Source: an uncultured Bdellovibrionales bacterium (GTDB lineage Bacteria; Bdellovibrionota_C; UBA2361; SZUA-149; JADYYL01). From it: a stretch of DNA of 41,777 nt. This document shows, one piece after another, positions 1-9,726 of the stretch. A model generated the notes under the pieces. The model saw only the letters and a list, made by a program, of their open reading frames with translations, searched no databases and had not been told where the DNA came from. The position numbers and the translations under genes are program-made. Numbering within the stretch: the stretch's first letter is position 1; every line of letters starts with the position of its first letter. The DNA lies in assembly GCA_964401925.1 (NCBI GenBank), contig CAYOAK010000003.1, positions 1-41,777 on the forward strand, read 5' to 3'.

Positions 1-312
1 GTTCGCCCACGACTCGTGACAGGGCGATTCCACAGAAATACTCTGAATGACAGGAAGTGTTGGGCGCATAGAACCTCGTTTGTTCGATATACCCGTATCG
101 GCTCGTTCGAGTTGCAACCAAAGTTCCCGCTGAGAAACAAACCAAACACTTTAATATTCTCGAGCCTTAGTGAGTGTTCACGGGAGGCATCTGTGGCGTA
201 CCGCGGCAAATTCCCAAGGATGGGGGTTAAAAAATTACATCTAGTGACACGGAGAGCGTAATTGGCGTAACGGTTTAGCCTGTTTTTCGACGTCGTCGAA
301 ATTGGAGGTTTC

Positions 313-1167
313 GTGCCGCCGGCTAGCTCCGTCACCCAGATTCCGAATGTTTGTTGGTCCATCGCTTCGATTCCGAGCGACCTGGGAGTGCGAATGCACA
401 ATGCCGCTTATCGCGCCTTGGGAATCCCCTATACGTATGTTGCGATTGGAGTTCCCGACCCGGCTTGCGTTGTCAGAGCCGTTCGCGAGCTCGGGGTTAA
501 GGGCCTCAGCATCGGCGTGCCTCACAAACTGGCCGTTATGCCCCTGCTCGACGAGATTGACGACGTGGCGCGGCAGATCGGTGCGGTGAACGCCGTCGTG
601 AATTCCAACGGGAGACTTCATGGGTCGAATGCCGATTGGTATGGAGCAGAGCAAGCTCTCTTGGAAGCGACACCGCTTTCGGGAAAACGAGTGGCGATGC
701 TTGGAGCCGGAGGGGCAGCACGTGCAATCGCTTATGCGTGCAAACGGAATGGCGCTCACGTGACTGTATTCAACCGGACCATTCAGAAGGCTGAAGAGCT
801 GGTCACGCAATTCGGACTTGAAGAGGCGCTTCCACTTGAGCCCTCTTCGAGGTTCAACCAGTTCGATATCCTCATCAATGCGACATCGGTGGGATTTTTT
901 GATGAGTCGTCGTCGCCGATCTCCGTGGAGCAGGTCCCTGAAGAGCGCACAGTGTTTGAAGCGGTCTTCTATCCCGTCTCGACGGTATTTTACCGTGCGG
1001 CAGAGCGGCGGCGGAACCGGATGATCCCCGGGTACCGCATGCTGCTCCATCTCGCTGGGCGGCAGTTCGAGCTTTACACGGGACAAAAGCCGCCGCTGGA
1101 TGTGATGGAGTCTACTTTAGCGGACAGCCTGCGGAATCGGCGCGCTGAGCTGGGATACCTCGGATAG
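313..1167 (+). CDS. aroE: shikimate 5-dehydrogenase
   Basis: GTG start preceded by GGAGG (305-309). Product carries AroE-type motifs (MHNAAY..LG, GVPHK, GAVNAV, NADWYG) and the Rossmann loop GAGGAARA. The long antisense ORF 241-1086 is a shadow ORF. Confidence 0.9.
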   Translation: MPPASSVTQIPNVCWSIASIPSDLGVRMHNAAYRALGIPYTYVAIGVPDPACVVRAVRELGVKGLSIGVPHKLAVMPLLDEIDDVARQIGAVNAVVNSNGRLHGSNADWYGAEQALLEATPLSGKRVAMLGAGGAARAIAYACKRNGAHVTVFNRTIQKAEELVTQFGLEEALPLEPSSRFNQFDILINATSVGFFDESSSPISVEQVPEERTVFEAVFYPVSTVFYRAAERRRNRMIPGYRMLLHLAGRQFELYTGQKPPLDVMESTLADSLRNRRAELGYLG

Positions 1168-1305
1168 GCACTCCGCCAGCCGGGGAAAAGCTGACTTTGC
1201 TCCATCTTAAAAATAGGAGAGTCTCCCCGGCAAAGTCCGATGCCGGGCGGGTCACTGGTCCGGTATCCGATCTGTCGTCAGTTGTTCTTCATGAGCTAGA
1301 GGAAG

Positions 1306-2040
1306 TTGAAAGCGTACGGAGCATCCACAGGACAGTTGCAGTTCGCAGAGTTAGAATCGCCGGAGGATTCCGGCGAGGCAGCGCCCGGGGCACCGAAGGG
1401 CACGCAAACCTCCGGGTCGGATTCCCGACTTCGCAGTGACCTTCTCTTCGTTCCGCTTCTCGTAATTCTGACGTTCGGTGGCGCGCTCTACTTCGAGCAT
1501 CGGGCCCGAATCGTTTCGTTCTTTCCTCCACGCTGGATCGTGGCTGCCGGCATTGCATTCGAGGGAGACGAAGCTGCAGCACTTGATCATGATTTTCTCT
1601 CTCCTATCGGCGGCGAAATCGCCGCCCGGCCGAAGGCGGGCACAGCTCTCGCCCTAGAAAATGGTGAAACGTTCACCTGGCGCGACGCGGGAATGGATGG
1701 GCCTATCCTTCCGTTAATTCTTTACAATCAGAATCCGCTCGGCCGGCGGGAGCACCTGATCGGCTACGCCTACACGACTTTCAAACTGGAGAGCGAGAGC
1801 GAAGGCCTATTGGAACTGAGTTCGGACGATGGTGCAAAGTTCTGGCTGAACGGAGAGCTCGTTCACCGGAGCCTCGGTCCCCGTACTCTGGTCCCCGGCG
1901 AAAGTCCTATTCCCGTTCGTTTTCGTGCCGGGGAGAATTCGCTGATGGTAAAAGTCGCTCAACTGAACGGCGGATGGGGATTCTCAGTCCGGGTTCGGGC
2001 CGATCCCGGTTCTCGGGCCGGTTCCGAGGTCTGGAAGTGA
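1306..2040 (+). CDS. hypothetical membrane-anchored protein with C-terminal beta-sandwich-like domain
   Basis: TTG start with AGGAAG just upstream. One hydrophobic helix (LLFVPLLVILTFGGALYF) is followed by a domain ending ..DDGAKFWLNGELV..GENSLMVKV..GGWGFSVRV, a jelly-roll/PA14-like pattern. It lies 35 nt upstream of the MBOAT gene. Confidence 0.55.
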   Translation: MKAYGASTGQLQFAELESPEDSGEAAPGAPKGTQTSGSDSRLRSDLLFVPLLVILTFGGALYFEHRARIVSFFPPRWIVAAGIAFEGDEAAALDHDFLSPIGGEIAARPKAGTALALENGETFTWRDAGMDGPILPLILYNQNPLGRREHLIGYAYTTFKLESESEGLLELSSDDGAKFWLNGELVHRSLGPRTLVPGESPIPVRFRAGENSLMVKVAQLNGGWGFSVRVRADPGSRAGSEVWK

Positions 2041-2075
2041 AAGGCCCTCAGATCGATCGGAAGGAATCGTAGGCG

Positions 2076-3527
2076 ATGCTGTTTTCTTCAAATCTTTTTC
2101 TCTTCACATTTTTGCCGGCGGTTTTGTTGCTCTATTTCGGCCTCAAGCTCGTGCTCGCCGGAATTCCTATTCGTGCCCAAACAAAATCCGGCGCGCTCAA
2201 TTTTGTTCTCTTTCTCGCAAGCCTTTTCTTTTTCTATTGGGGAAGCGGCAAGTTTACCCTGCTTTTTGTCGTGTCGATCCTCGGGAATTACTATTTGGGG
2301 GAGTGGGTCTGGCGCCGTCAGGGGGAACGAACGATTCAACGCCGCATCCTGCTCCTCGGCAGCACGCTCAATCTCCTCGTCCTCGGTTACTTCAAATACA
2401 AGGGGTTCTTTCTCGACCAGCTCGTCGTGCTGTCGACGCTCGCAGGACATCCGATAACACCCGGCTGGGCGGAAACCTTTCTTCCATTCGGCATATCGTT
2501 CTACACATTCATGGCAATCTCCTATCTGGTGGAGTGCTCCAAGGGTGAGACGCGCGCCCCGAGTGCGTTGAGCTTCGCCACTTACCTCGCAATGTTTCCC
2601 CATCTGATTGCGGGTCCGATCGTTCGCTATTCAGAGATAGCGGAAGAGCTCAGAGTACGAACGGTCTCCCTGGAGTCTTTCAGCTATGGGATTTGGCGGT
2701 TCGCGAAGGGGATGTTCAAAAAGGTCGTTCTTGCAGGCTACCTTGGACAGGCGGCCGACCGTATCTTCGCTTTGCCCGCCGCAGAGCTTACTCCGGTTCT
2801 CGCCTGGGGCGGAGCGCTCGCATACACATTTCAGATCTATTTCGATTTCTCCGGCTATTCGGACATGGCGATCGGTCTTGCCCGATTCTTCGGATTCCAC
2901 TTTCCGGAGAATTTCAACAAGCCATACCTCGCGGCTTCGATCACCGAGTTCTGGCGCCGATGGCACATGACCCTCTCCAGATGGTTCCGGGATTTTCTCT
3001 ACATACCGCTCGGCGGGAACCGCGGCTCACCTCTGCGCACGTACTGCAATCTCGGCATTGTCTTTTTTCTCTGCGGCCTTTGGCACGGTGCGGCGTGGCA
3101 TTTCGTTGTCTGGGGGATGTTTCATGGCCTGTTGCTGATCGCCGAACGAATCATGAAGGAGCGATGGAATGTCGAACCCTCAGGCCTCCCCGGAATTGCG
3201 GGAACATTTCTGCTCACTGTCATCGGGTGGGTGTTCTTCCGCGCTCAATCGCTTTCGCAGGCTTCGACGTTTCTTCAAACGATGGTTGGATTGGGAGCTG
3301 CGGGGGGAGACGGGCCATTCGCCTTGCACTATTATTTTAACTCTCTCACGGTCGGGGCGCTCCTCATTGCGCTTGCCGCGGCCTTTTTTCCCCAGCTCGA
3401 AGAAACTCGCATTAATAAGAGAAGGCTTGGAACAGCCCGACGGATCTTCGCGCTGCCGCTCCTGATCGTCAGCATCGTCATTCTGTCCAAGAGCGCCTTC
3501 TCTCCCTTTATCTATTTCCAGTTCTGA
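2076..3527 (+). CDS. MBOAT-family membrane O-acyltransferase (AlgI/DltB/PatA-like)
   Basis: Polytopic protein with MBOAT signatures: FYTFMAISY, HLIAGPIVRY, FDFSGYSDMAIGLARFFGF..NFNKPY, EFWRRWHMTLSRWFRDFLYIPLGGNR, including the conserved His. Confidence 0.9.
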   Translation: MLFSSNLFLFTFLPAVLLLYFGLKLVLAGIPIRAQTKSGALNFVLFLASLFFFYWGSGKFTLLFVVSILGNYYLGEWVWRRQGERTIQRRILLLGSTLNLLVLGYFKYKGFFLDQLVVLSTLAGHPITPGWAETFLPFGISFYTFMAISYLVECSKGETRAPSALSFATYLAMFPHLIAGPIVRYSEIAEELRVRTVSLESFSYGIWRFAKGMFKKVVLAGYLGQAADRIFALPAAELTPVLAWGGALAYTFQIYFDFSGYSDMAIGLARFFGFHFPENFNKPYLAASITEFWRRWHMTLSRWFRDFLYIPLGGNRGSPLRTYCNLGIVFFLCGLWHGAAWHFVVWGMFHGLLLIAERIMKERWNVEPSGLPGIAGTFLLTVIGWVFFRAQSLSQASTFLQTMVGLGAAGGDGPFALHYYFNSLTVGALLIALAAAFFPQLEETRINKRRLGTARRIFALPLLIVSIVILSKSAFSPFIYFQF

Positions 3528-4714
3528 TGATGAATCGCTTTCTAGACCGGCTTATTGTCTTGCTCTTCTTTGCGGTGCTGATCCTGCCCGGAATTCAGCA
3601 GCACTATTCACCGTTCACCATTCCCGCTCTCGATGAGAATCGAAACCGTCTGACAATGCCCGATGGCGAGATCCCGGACGGAACGCTTCTAGAGCGGATC
3701 TACCGGAGGGGGCAGAGCTACTCATCTGCATACGAGAAGTATTTCAACGATCATTATGGATTCCGTGATTTCCTCATCCGCGCAAAGAATCAGCTCGATT
3801 TCACCTTGTTCGGGCATTCGGACACGATCCTGATCGGCAAGGACAACTACCTGTTCTTCCGCGAGCAGCTCGAAAGAGATCTGGTAACAGCGGACAATGT
3901 CCCGCAAGCAACGATTGACCAAGTGTACAACGGCATTCTCAAGCTTGCCGAATGGTGCCGCGATCGAAAAAAACTTTTTGTCGTCTTACTCTGCCGCGAA
4001 AAGGAATCAATCTATGCAGACAAACTTTCGAATCCGACCGTGAGGCGGCCCGCGCTGCCGGCTTCCGAGGTTTACGCATCCCGCTTCGCGCGCGAGCCCT
4101 CGCTCCTCTTTTTGGACAGTCGAGACACCCTGCTTTCCACACGAAAGAAGCTGCCGGTCTTTTACCGGACCGACTTTCATTGGACGACTGTCGGCGCCTT
4201 CGAGGTCGGCCGCGATCTCGTAGACAAGATTGCGAGCGGTCTGGGCTCGGAAATCCGCTGGCGGCACCGGCTTCAGACCGAACCGCTACGGGGCTATAGC
4301 GGGACCCAAAATCTCTATCTCGCAATTTTCTCTCCCGAGGCGGAGACCATCCCAGAGGTAAAGCATTCCTGGGAGGAGAGTTCTTTCGCCCCGGTCCCGC
4401 TGCCTCATCCGTTTGAGGAGGTTCGGCGCGCCAAAACGCCGGGCCGGAACTCCTCTCCGCTCCTTCCGCCGACGGTGATAATCGGCAACTCGTTCACACC
4501 GTATTTTTTCAAAACGCCGCTCCCTGAATATTTCGAAAGCATATCGTACGCGTTCAAGGGGTGGCTGCATTATATGCCGCTTGAGAGACTGATCTCTCCG
4601 GAGACGAAAGTTGTCGTGCTCCAGGTGAACGAATTTGACCTCGGGACATACTACGCAAACCCCGAGATCTGGGCGAAGATCGCGCTGGAGCAATCGGCTC
4701 CGCGAAATAACTGA
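3527..4714 (+). CDS. AlgJ/AlgX-N-like SGNH-type O-acetyltransferase partner protein
   Basis: Start overlaps the MBOAT stop (TGATG at 3525-3529), suggesting translational coupling. It has an N-terminal anchor helix, a D-x-H-W motif (RTDFHWT) and IGNSFT, which resemble the Asp/His/Ser residues of AlgJ/AlgX. Confidence 0.7.
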   Translation: MMNRFLDRLIVLLFFAVLILPGIQQHYSPFTIPALDENRNRLTMPDGEIPDGTLLERIYRRGQSYSSAYEKYFNDHYGFRDFLIRAKNQLDFTLFGHSDTILIGKDNYLFFREQLERDLVTADNVPQATIDQVYNGILKLAEWCRDRKKLFVVLLCREKESIYADKLSNPTVRRPALPASEVYASRFAREPSLLFLDSRDTLLSTRKKLPVFYRTDFHWTTVGAFEVGRDLVDKIASGLGSEIRWRHRLQTEPLRGYSGTQNLYLAIFSPEAETIPEVKHSWEESSFAPVPLPHPFEEVRRAKTPGRNSSPLLPPTVIIGNSFTPYFFKTPLPEYFESISYAFKGWLHYMPLERLISPETKVVVLQVNEFDLGTYYANPEIWAKIALEQSAPRNN

Positions 4715-4746
4715 AGGGCCCGTTTCGAGACGAGCCCGCAGCGGCG

Positions 4747-6297
4747 CTACTCAATCGTCGTCAGCAACGCCCGCAGCGCATCGAAATCTGCAGGCTTCAC
4801 AAGATGATGATCGAACCCTGCCTCGCGTGAGCGTTTGCGGTCCTCCTCCTGGCCCCAGCCGGTAAGAGCAATTAGTGTGATCGAATGATAATCAGAGTTC
4901 GCCCGCACGCGACGTGCAACTTCATGTCCATCCACTCCGGCCATCCCTAGGTCGACGACCATAATAGTCGGCCTAAATGTTTCGAGCATCTCAAGCGCCG
5001 CGATTCCATCGTAAACGACCTGACACTCAGTTCCCAACAGGCGAAGCAGCACACCCACCGTATCTGCGGCATCTCGGTTGTCGTCGATGACAAGGACGCG
5101 ATGACGGGCAAGTAGCGCCGGGTTAAAAGGCGGAGCACCCGAAGGCTTCGGTGGAGGGCTTAAATCGTCGAGCGCCGGGAGCATCACAACAAATTCACTC
5201 CCCATCCCTGCACCGGCGCTTTGTGCGGTGACGGTGCCGCCGTGCATCGTCACCAGACTCTTGACAAGGCTCAGACCGATACCGAGACCCGTCTGAGACT
5301 GCCGGAGATTTCGATCCACCTGGGCAAACATATCAAAAACTCGCTGGAGCATTTTTGGCGGGATGCCGACCCCGGAATCCGCCACCGTCACCAAGATCCG
5401 ATCCTTCGCACGAACAGCGGAGAGAACGATGCTTCCTCCATTCGGTGTATACTTCGCCGCATTATTAAGGAGGTTTGAGAAGATCTGCGCGAGCCGGACC
5501 TCATCCCCTTCGACGTAGAGAGGCGCGTCCGGCAGACTTATCGAGAAATGATGGTTGCCCGCATCAATAGCCGGCTGACTCGTCTCGACGGCATTTCGCA
5601 GACTCTCCCTCAGATCGAATTGCCGAAGCTGGAGCTCGATTGATCCGCGGCTGATTCGCGAGAGCTCCAGCAGATCGTCGACGAGCTTGATCAGATGGTG
5701 GACCTGCCGTTCCATCATCTCGGTCATTTCACGGACGACAGGAAACAGGTCGGGGGTATTACGCAGAATCGCTAATCCATTCCGGATCGGAGCGAGCGGG
5801 TTGCGAAGTTCATGGGCCAGGGTCGCGAGGAACTCATCCTTTCGCCGGTCGGCCTCCTGTAACGCCTCTTCCGCACGCATTCGATCGGTAATATCGATCG
5901 CCATTCCGCCGATGAACGCCGGGGCGCCGTCGGGCCCCGGAATCGGAAACTTGCTCACGATCGAATGCCGAACCTCCCCGGACTCGGCCGGAAGGCGTTC
6001 GATAACCCTGACACCCGCATCGCTCTTTGCTGCCTGCAGGTCGTTGTAACGAAAAAAGGCTGCGGTCTCGGGTGAAAACACCTCGACATCCGTCCGCCCA
6101 TAAAGCTCTTCGCGAGTGGAATGAAAAGCCTTTACGGCCGAGTCGTTCGCATAGACGTATCGGCCATCGATATCTTTAATCCACGCCAGTCCGGGAAGCC
6201 GCTCCATGAATCGCGTAAAGCGATCCTCGCTCTCGCTCAGCGGCGTATCAATGCGGCGAAGCTTGCGCTCCCTTTCGGCATCCCTGTCGTCAGTCAC
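4747..6297 (-). CDS. hybrid sensor histidine kinase / response regulator with PAS domain
   Basis: PAS-like N-terminus (WIKDIDGRYVYAN). HisKA H-box FLATLAHELRNPL, N-box LLNNAAKYT, G-boxes DSGVGI and GLGIGL. C-terminal receiver domain (VLVIDDN..DLGMAGVDG..GWG..K). Confidence 0.9.
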   Translation of the reverse strand: MTDDRDAERERKLRRIDTPLSESEDRFTRFMERLPGLAWIKDIDGRYVYANDSAVKAFHSTREELYGRTDVEVFSPETAAFFRYNDLQAAKSDAGVRVIERLPAESGEVRHSIVSKFPIPGPDGAPAFIGGMAIDITDRMRAEEALQEADRRKDEFLATLAHELRNPLAPIRNGLAILRNTPDLFPVVREMTEMMERQVHHLIKLVDDLLELSRISRGSIELQLRQFDLRESLRNAVETSQPAIDAGNHHFSISLPDAPLYVEGDEVRLAQIFSNLLNNAAKYTPNGGSIVLSAVRAKDRILVTVADSGVGIPPKMLQRVFDMFAQVDRNLRQSQTGLGIGLSLVKSLVTMHGGTVTAQSAGAGMGSEFVVMLPALDDLSPPPKPSGAPPFNPALLARHRVLVIDDNRDAADTVGVLLRLLGTECQVVYDGIAALEMLETFRPTIMVVDLGMAGVDGHEVARRVRANSDYHSITLIALTGWGQEEDRKRSREAGFDHHLVKPADFDALRALLTTIE

Positions 6298-6369
6298 TGC
6301 AGCGATATATAACGGCTGCCTGCCTGCGCTCCAGCAGGGAAATCAATAGTCAGAATCAGTTAAATTGAA

Positions 6370-6726
6370 TCAATATGGTGGGGCCGGTTGTAACGGAGCC
6401 GGTTCTGCACCAGCAAGAGCGCGGGCATTGCAGTCGTATGCCCGTCCCGTGCCAAAAGCGTTTGACCCTTGCCCGAAGACGACATGAGTCGCTCCGCGCT
6501 GGCCCGCCCGTTCTAGTATGCCGCGCTTTGCGTTCGTCCCTCCCATGCCCGATCCAAGCATGCTCCAGCCGGAACCGTCTTCGATCAATCCGAGGAAATA
6601 GCAGCCGTCGACCGCGGCCTGGTCGGCGTCAATGACCTCACGGCCTCGCGGGGAAAGAGGGATGACGCAAGCGAAGACGGCCGGAATAAGAAACAGCAGC
6701 GCAACTTTCGTCGTTGATGAACGCAT
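6370..6726 (-). CDS. small secreted/lipoprotein, DUF4156-like
   Basis: I use the internal ATG at 6726 because it gives a signal peptide (MRSSTTKVALLFLIPAVFAC). The mature part has the pattern C..LG......A...L...A...GA..VV seen in DUF4156 lipoproteins. The 69-codon extension upstream to 6933 looks non-coding. Confidence 0.6.
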   Translation of the reverse strand: MRSSTTKVALLFLIPAVFACVIPLSPRGREVIDADQAAVDGCYFLGLIEDGSGWSMLGSGMGGTNAKRGILERAGQRGATHVVFGQGSNAFGTGRAYDCNARALAGAEPAPLQPAPPY

Positions 6727-6800
6727 AGAGCCTCGTAAAAAGCGTGAAAGATTCGAGCGGTCTCGAATTGCTCTATATAGCAACTTTTTGGATTTGCGAA

Positions 6801-7124
6801 TTAGGCAGCGCGCGAAGTAACGATTCGGGCCTGTGAATCGGCATTCGCCCGATTCTCTGTGGGAACAGCCAATTGGGCAGCCCGCTTGCCGGCCCAGATT
6901 TGGTATACGAGAAATCCTGCGGCACAGACCCAAAGCAAGGTGTCCGTGACCGACAGCCGAAGCGAGATTCCGATTCCGGCGCTGCGTCCGACCAACACGA
7001 CGAGCAAATTCTTCAAGCCGATCGCCGTAAGGAGGGCACAGACAAAAACCATGAGGTGCTTTAACCCTTTATTTGCAGGGATTATGGCGATTACGCTCTT
7101 CATCTTCTCTCGAATGGTTCTCAT
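6801..7124 (-). CDS. hypothetical small membrane protein (two predicted helices)
   Basis: ORF with two hydrophobic segments (LMVFVCALLTAIGL; LLWVCAAGFLVYQIW). No family recognised. An alternative start at 7103 (MKSV) is possible. Confidence 0.4.
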   Translation of the reverse strand: MRTIREKMKSVIAIIPANKGLKHLMVFVCALLTAIGLKNLLVVLVGRSAGIGISLRLSVTDTLLWVCAAGFLVYQIWAGKRAAQLAVPTENRANADSQARIVTSRAA

Positions 7125-7316
7125 CGGTACGAATCAGCTATCTCTAGCTCTCTCTAATGAACTCGATCTCTTATCCTTCGCCGGTCCGAGGCTGCTTCAG
7201 TTTCCCCGGCCGGCGGAACGGAAAATGCTTAGCGATTTCTGTCTCCCCCACCACCGAATAGCGGTTCTCACCCCGCGGGGAATGCGAGAGAGTCCGGCTT
7301 CCAAGCCTGAATCACC

Positions 7317-9608
7317 ATGACTTCTGCCGGCCACGCACTTTCTGGATACATCGCCTTTCGTGCGTTCTTCGACACCGGCTGGATTCGCCTCCCGCGGAAA
7401 GGCGCGCTGCTCACGCTCTGCCTCGTTCTTCCGATCCTCCCGGATCTGGATTTTATCAGTTTCTATTTCGGCATCCCGTATGAGTCGCCTTTTGGTCATC
7501 GAGGAATCTCGCACTCGATCGGCGCCGGATTTTTTGTGGCGGTAGCGCTCGCCGCGCTCTTTAAGGCTCGTGGCTGGATTGCAGCTCCCGAACGGAATTT
7601 CTCGCGGTTGACCCTCTTCTTCACGCTCCTGTGGTTCAGCCACCCGATACTCGACACCATTACGGATGGCGGCAAAGGCTGCATGCTCTTCTTTCCGTTC
7701 TCCCAAAGCCGCGTCGTTGCCCCCGCACGCTTTGTTCCGGTCTCGCCGGTCGTCACCGGGCATTACCTAAAGCGGCTTCCAACACTCGGCGACGAACCAA
7801 CAGCTATCGCTTCGGCGGACAGCCGGCGCAAGCAGCTCGCCCGGGATGAGCACTCGCATCTTTTCTTGCTGCGATCACTTGTGGGCGCCGCGCCTTCCTG
7901 GAAATGGGTCGAGCCGCTTTGGATCCTAGGAATCATCGGGAGCGAAGCACTTGTATTGATCGCTGTTTGGACCGGAATCGTTGTTTTCCGGCGTGCGCGC
8001 CTCCGGTTCAGCTCAGTGGCCGAGCGTCTCCCTTCGTCTTCAAAGCGGCGTGCAGCAATAGGTGCAGCTCTCATCGCTTTCGCAGCACTGATAGCGCTCT
8101 CCCGGGTGGACCAACTCTCCGGGTCGGGCACAAAGCAAACGCTCATCACCTTGCCCGATTCCAACGGAACGCCGATCTGGAGAGTCGAGCCCGTGGGCCG
8201 AGCCGCCATCTCTGTTCGCGCCCTGCTGATCCATGGAAGCAGGTGCAGCGCAGAGATGATGCTCCCCCTTGCACGAACCCTCGCTCGAAACGGGATCATC
8301 ACTTTCGCCGTTGAGCTTCCGGGACATGCACTCTCTCCTTCAGTACTCTCCGGAGGGTCGAGCTGCCAACTTTGCTCCGCCGCACCGGATTCATGCCGGG
8401 AAGATGTGCGCAGACAATTGCAAGATGCCGTGTTTCAAAATTACACGTATCTCACCCAAGCCAAGCTGCTCTATCCCGCTCAGACAATTGTCATCGGCCA
8501 TTGTGCAGGCGGCACGATAGCCGGCGATCTTCTGAACTCACGTCCGCTCCAGTTAGCCCCGTTCACAGCGGTCAATATCGACGGCGTTCCTCGCAGCATT
8601 AATGAGCGGGGAAATATTCTTGTTCTCGCCAGCGAAGGGGGAACGCCGGTGGTTGAACGAGCACGGCCCGATAATCTCGCGCCGGGAAGCTTCCAAACCC
8701 GGACGGCGCGAAAGACGGTCCAGTTGAACGAGTCACACCTTGTGATGATCTACTCGAAACGGGTTCACCTCGAGATCCTCCGTTGGACAAAGAGTGCTTT
8801 CAGGCTGACACAGCCGATCAATCCTCCTCCGGGGAATACAGATCCGTCTCCATTCATTGCGTTGCTCACGCTCTCCGCATTTCTCTTGGTCTACTTTTCG
8901 CTTCCGGTAATAGCCCCGGCGGTCACCGACCGGGAGACACCTTCCAATTCCTGGTCCTGGCGAAAACTGGCAAACCTCGGCTTCTCCGGCGGTGCAGCAT
9001 CTGCGGTGCTCCGGTACGGAGGGGACAATGTATATCCGATTCCGCAACTCTCCCTCGTCGGACCCGGATTTGTTTTTTTTCTATTCGCCACGGGGATTTT
9101 TGCAACTCTTGGAAACCGCATTTTTTTTCGCAGCAAACCCCAAGAAAAAGGCTCCAGCAAGAACGGCTTATGGACAGCCCTCCTTATTCCAATCGCAACG
9201 TTTCTTCTGATCTATTTCACTGCGGGTGCGTACGCGAGTAGAACCTCGTTTCACCTTCAGTTTACTCCGCTGCGGCTTTCGCTCTTTGTTCTTTATGCGC
9301 TGATGCTGCTGCCCATTACCACCGCCATCCAGAGAGTGATTTCGATCGATGCCCGTGACTCTCTCAGCGTGGTAAAGCGCTTCGGATGCATCGCGATTGT
9401 CTGGTGGACACTTTTTGCGCTTTTCGGGTTGTTCTGCCGGGATTGTGCATTCTCCCGAGATCTCGGTGAGCTTAAACTGTTGATCATCACTTTCGAGCTT
9501 GGCGGTGTTCTGCTCTTTCAGCGGCTGGGCCATCGGGTCGCTCCGGCGGCTTTCACGGCGCTGATGCTGGGTTGGTTCGTTTCCACGGCCTATCCGGTGG
9601 TCATTTAA
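7317..9608 (+). CDS. fusion protein: YdjM/DUF457-like membrane metal-dependent hydrolase + alpha/beta-hydrolase-like domain + polytopic C-terminal domain
   Basis: N-terminus has the DUF457 pattern (GH..SG....PDLD...........GHRGISHS...). The middle has LLIHGS and a nucleophile elbow G-H-C-A-G at 8496-8510. The C-terminal ~250 aa contain several hydrophobic helices. Confidence 0.8.
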   Translation: MTSAGHALSGYIAFRAFFDTGWIRLPRKGALLTLCLVLPILPDLDFISFYFGIPYESPFGHRGISHSIGAGFFVAVALAALFKARGWIAAPERNFSRLTLFFTLLWFSHPILDTITDGGKGCMLFFPFSQSRVVAPARFVPVSPVVTGHYLKRLPTLGDEPTAIASADSRRKQLARDEHSHLFLLRSLVGAAPSWKWVEPLWILGIIGSEALVLIAVWTGIVVFRRARLRFSSVAERLPSSSKRRAAIGAALIAFAALIALSRVDQLSGSGTKQTLITLPDSNGTPIWRVEPVGRAAISVRALLIHGSRCSAEMMLPLARTLARNGIITFAVELPGHALSPSVLSGGSSCQLCSAAPDSCREDVRRQLQDAVFQNYTYLTQAKLLYPAQTIVIGHCAGGTIAGDLLNSRPLQLAPFTAVNIDGVPRSINERGNILVLASEGGTPVVERARPDNLAPGSFQTRTARKTVQLNESHLVMIYSKRVHLEILRWTKSAFRLTQPINPPPGNTDPSPFIALLTLSAFLLVYFSLPVIAPAVTDRETPSNSWSWRKLANLGFSGGAASAVLRYGGDNVYPIPQLSLVGPGFVFFLFATGIFATLGNRIFFRSKPQEKGSSKNGLWTALLIPIATFLLIYFTAGAYASRTSFHLQFTPLRLSLFVLYALMLLPITTAIQRVISIDARDSLSVVKRFGCIAIVWWTLFALFGLFCRDCAFSRDLGELKLLIITFELGGVLLFQRLGHRVAPAAFTALMLGWFVSTAYPVVI

Positions 9609-9726
9609 CCCGAGAATTTGCAGCGAATTTGCCGGACCGATCAAGTCCGCTCCGATAACGACTAAAGCGATCACCTTCTCGGTCAGCCGGCCGGTCACTC
9701 GTTTCCTGACGAATCGCCATAACAGA

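Noticed and set aside
1-312. Possible gene or ncRNA in the lower-GC-looking leader (ORF 16-261, 81 aa)
   Set aside because: The ORF product has no motif and a non-coding-like composition. I could not recognise tRNA, tmRNA, RNase P or riboswitch signatures. I treat it as an untranslated or promoter region of aroE, unverified.
241-1086. 281-aa minus-strand ORF
   Set aside because: It lies entirely antisense to the well-supported aroE gene. Its Arg/Pro/His-rich composition is typical of shadow ORFs in GC-rich DNA.
2076-4714. Alginate biosynthesis cluster
   Set aside because: Only the AlgI-like and AlgJ/X-like genes are present. No alg8/44/K/E/G/L/A/D-type genes flank them.
6727-6933. 69-codon N-terminal extension of the DUF4156-like ORF
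   Set aside because: The extension is Arg/Cys-rich and would bury the signal peptide. The internal ATG at 6726 gives a canonical exported protein.
7197-8302. Minus-strand ORFs 7197-7763 and 7763-8302
   Set aside because: They are antisense to the YdjM-like fusion gene, with Arg/Glu/Ser-rich low-information products.
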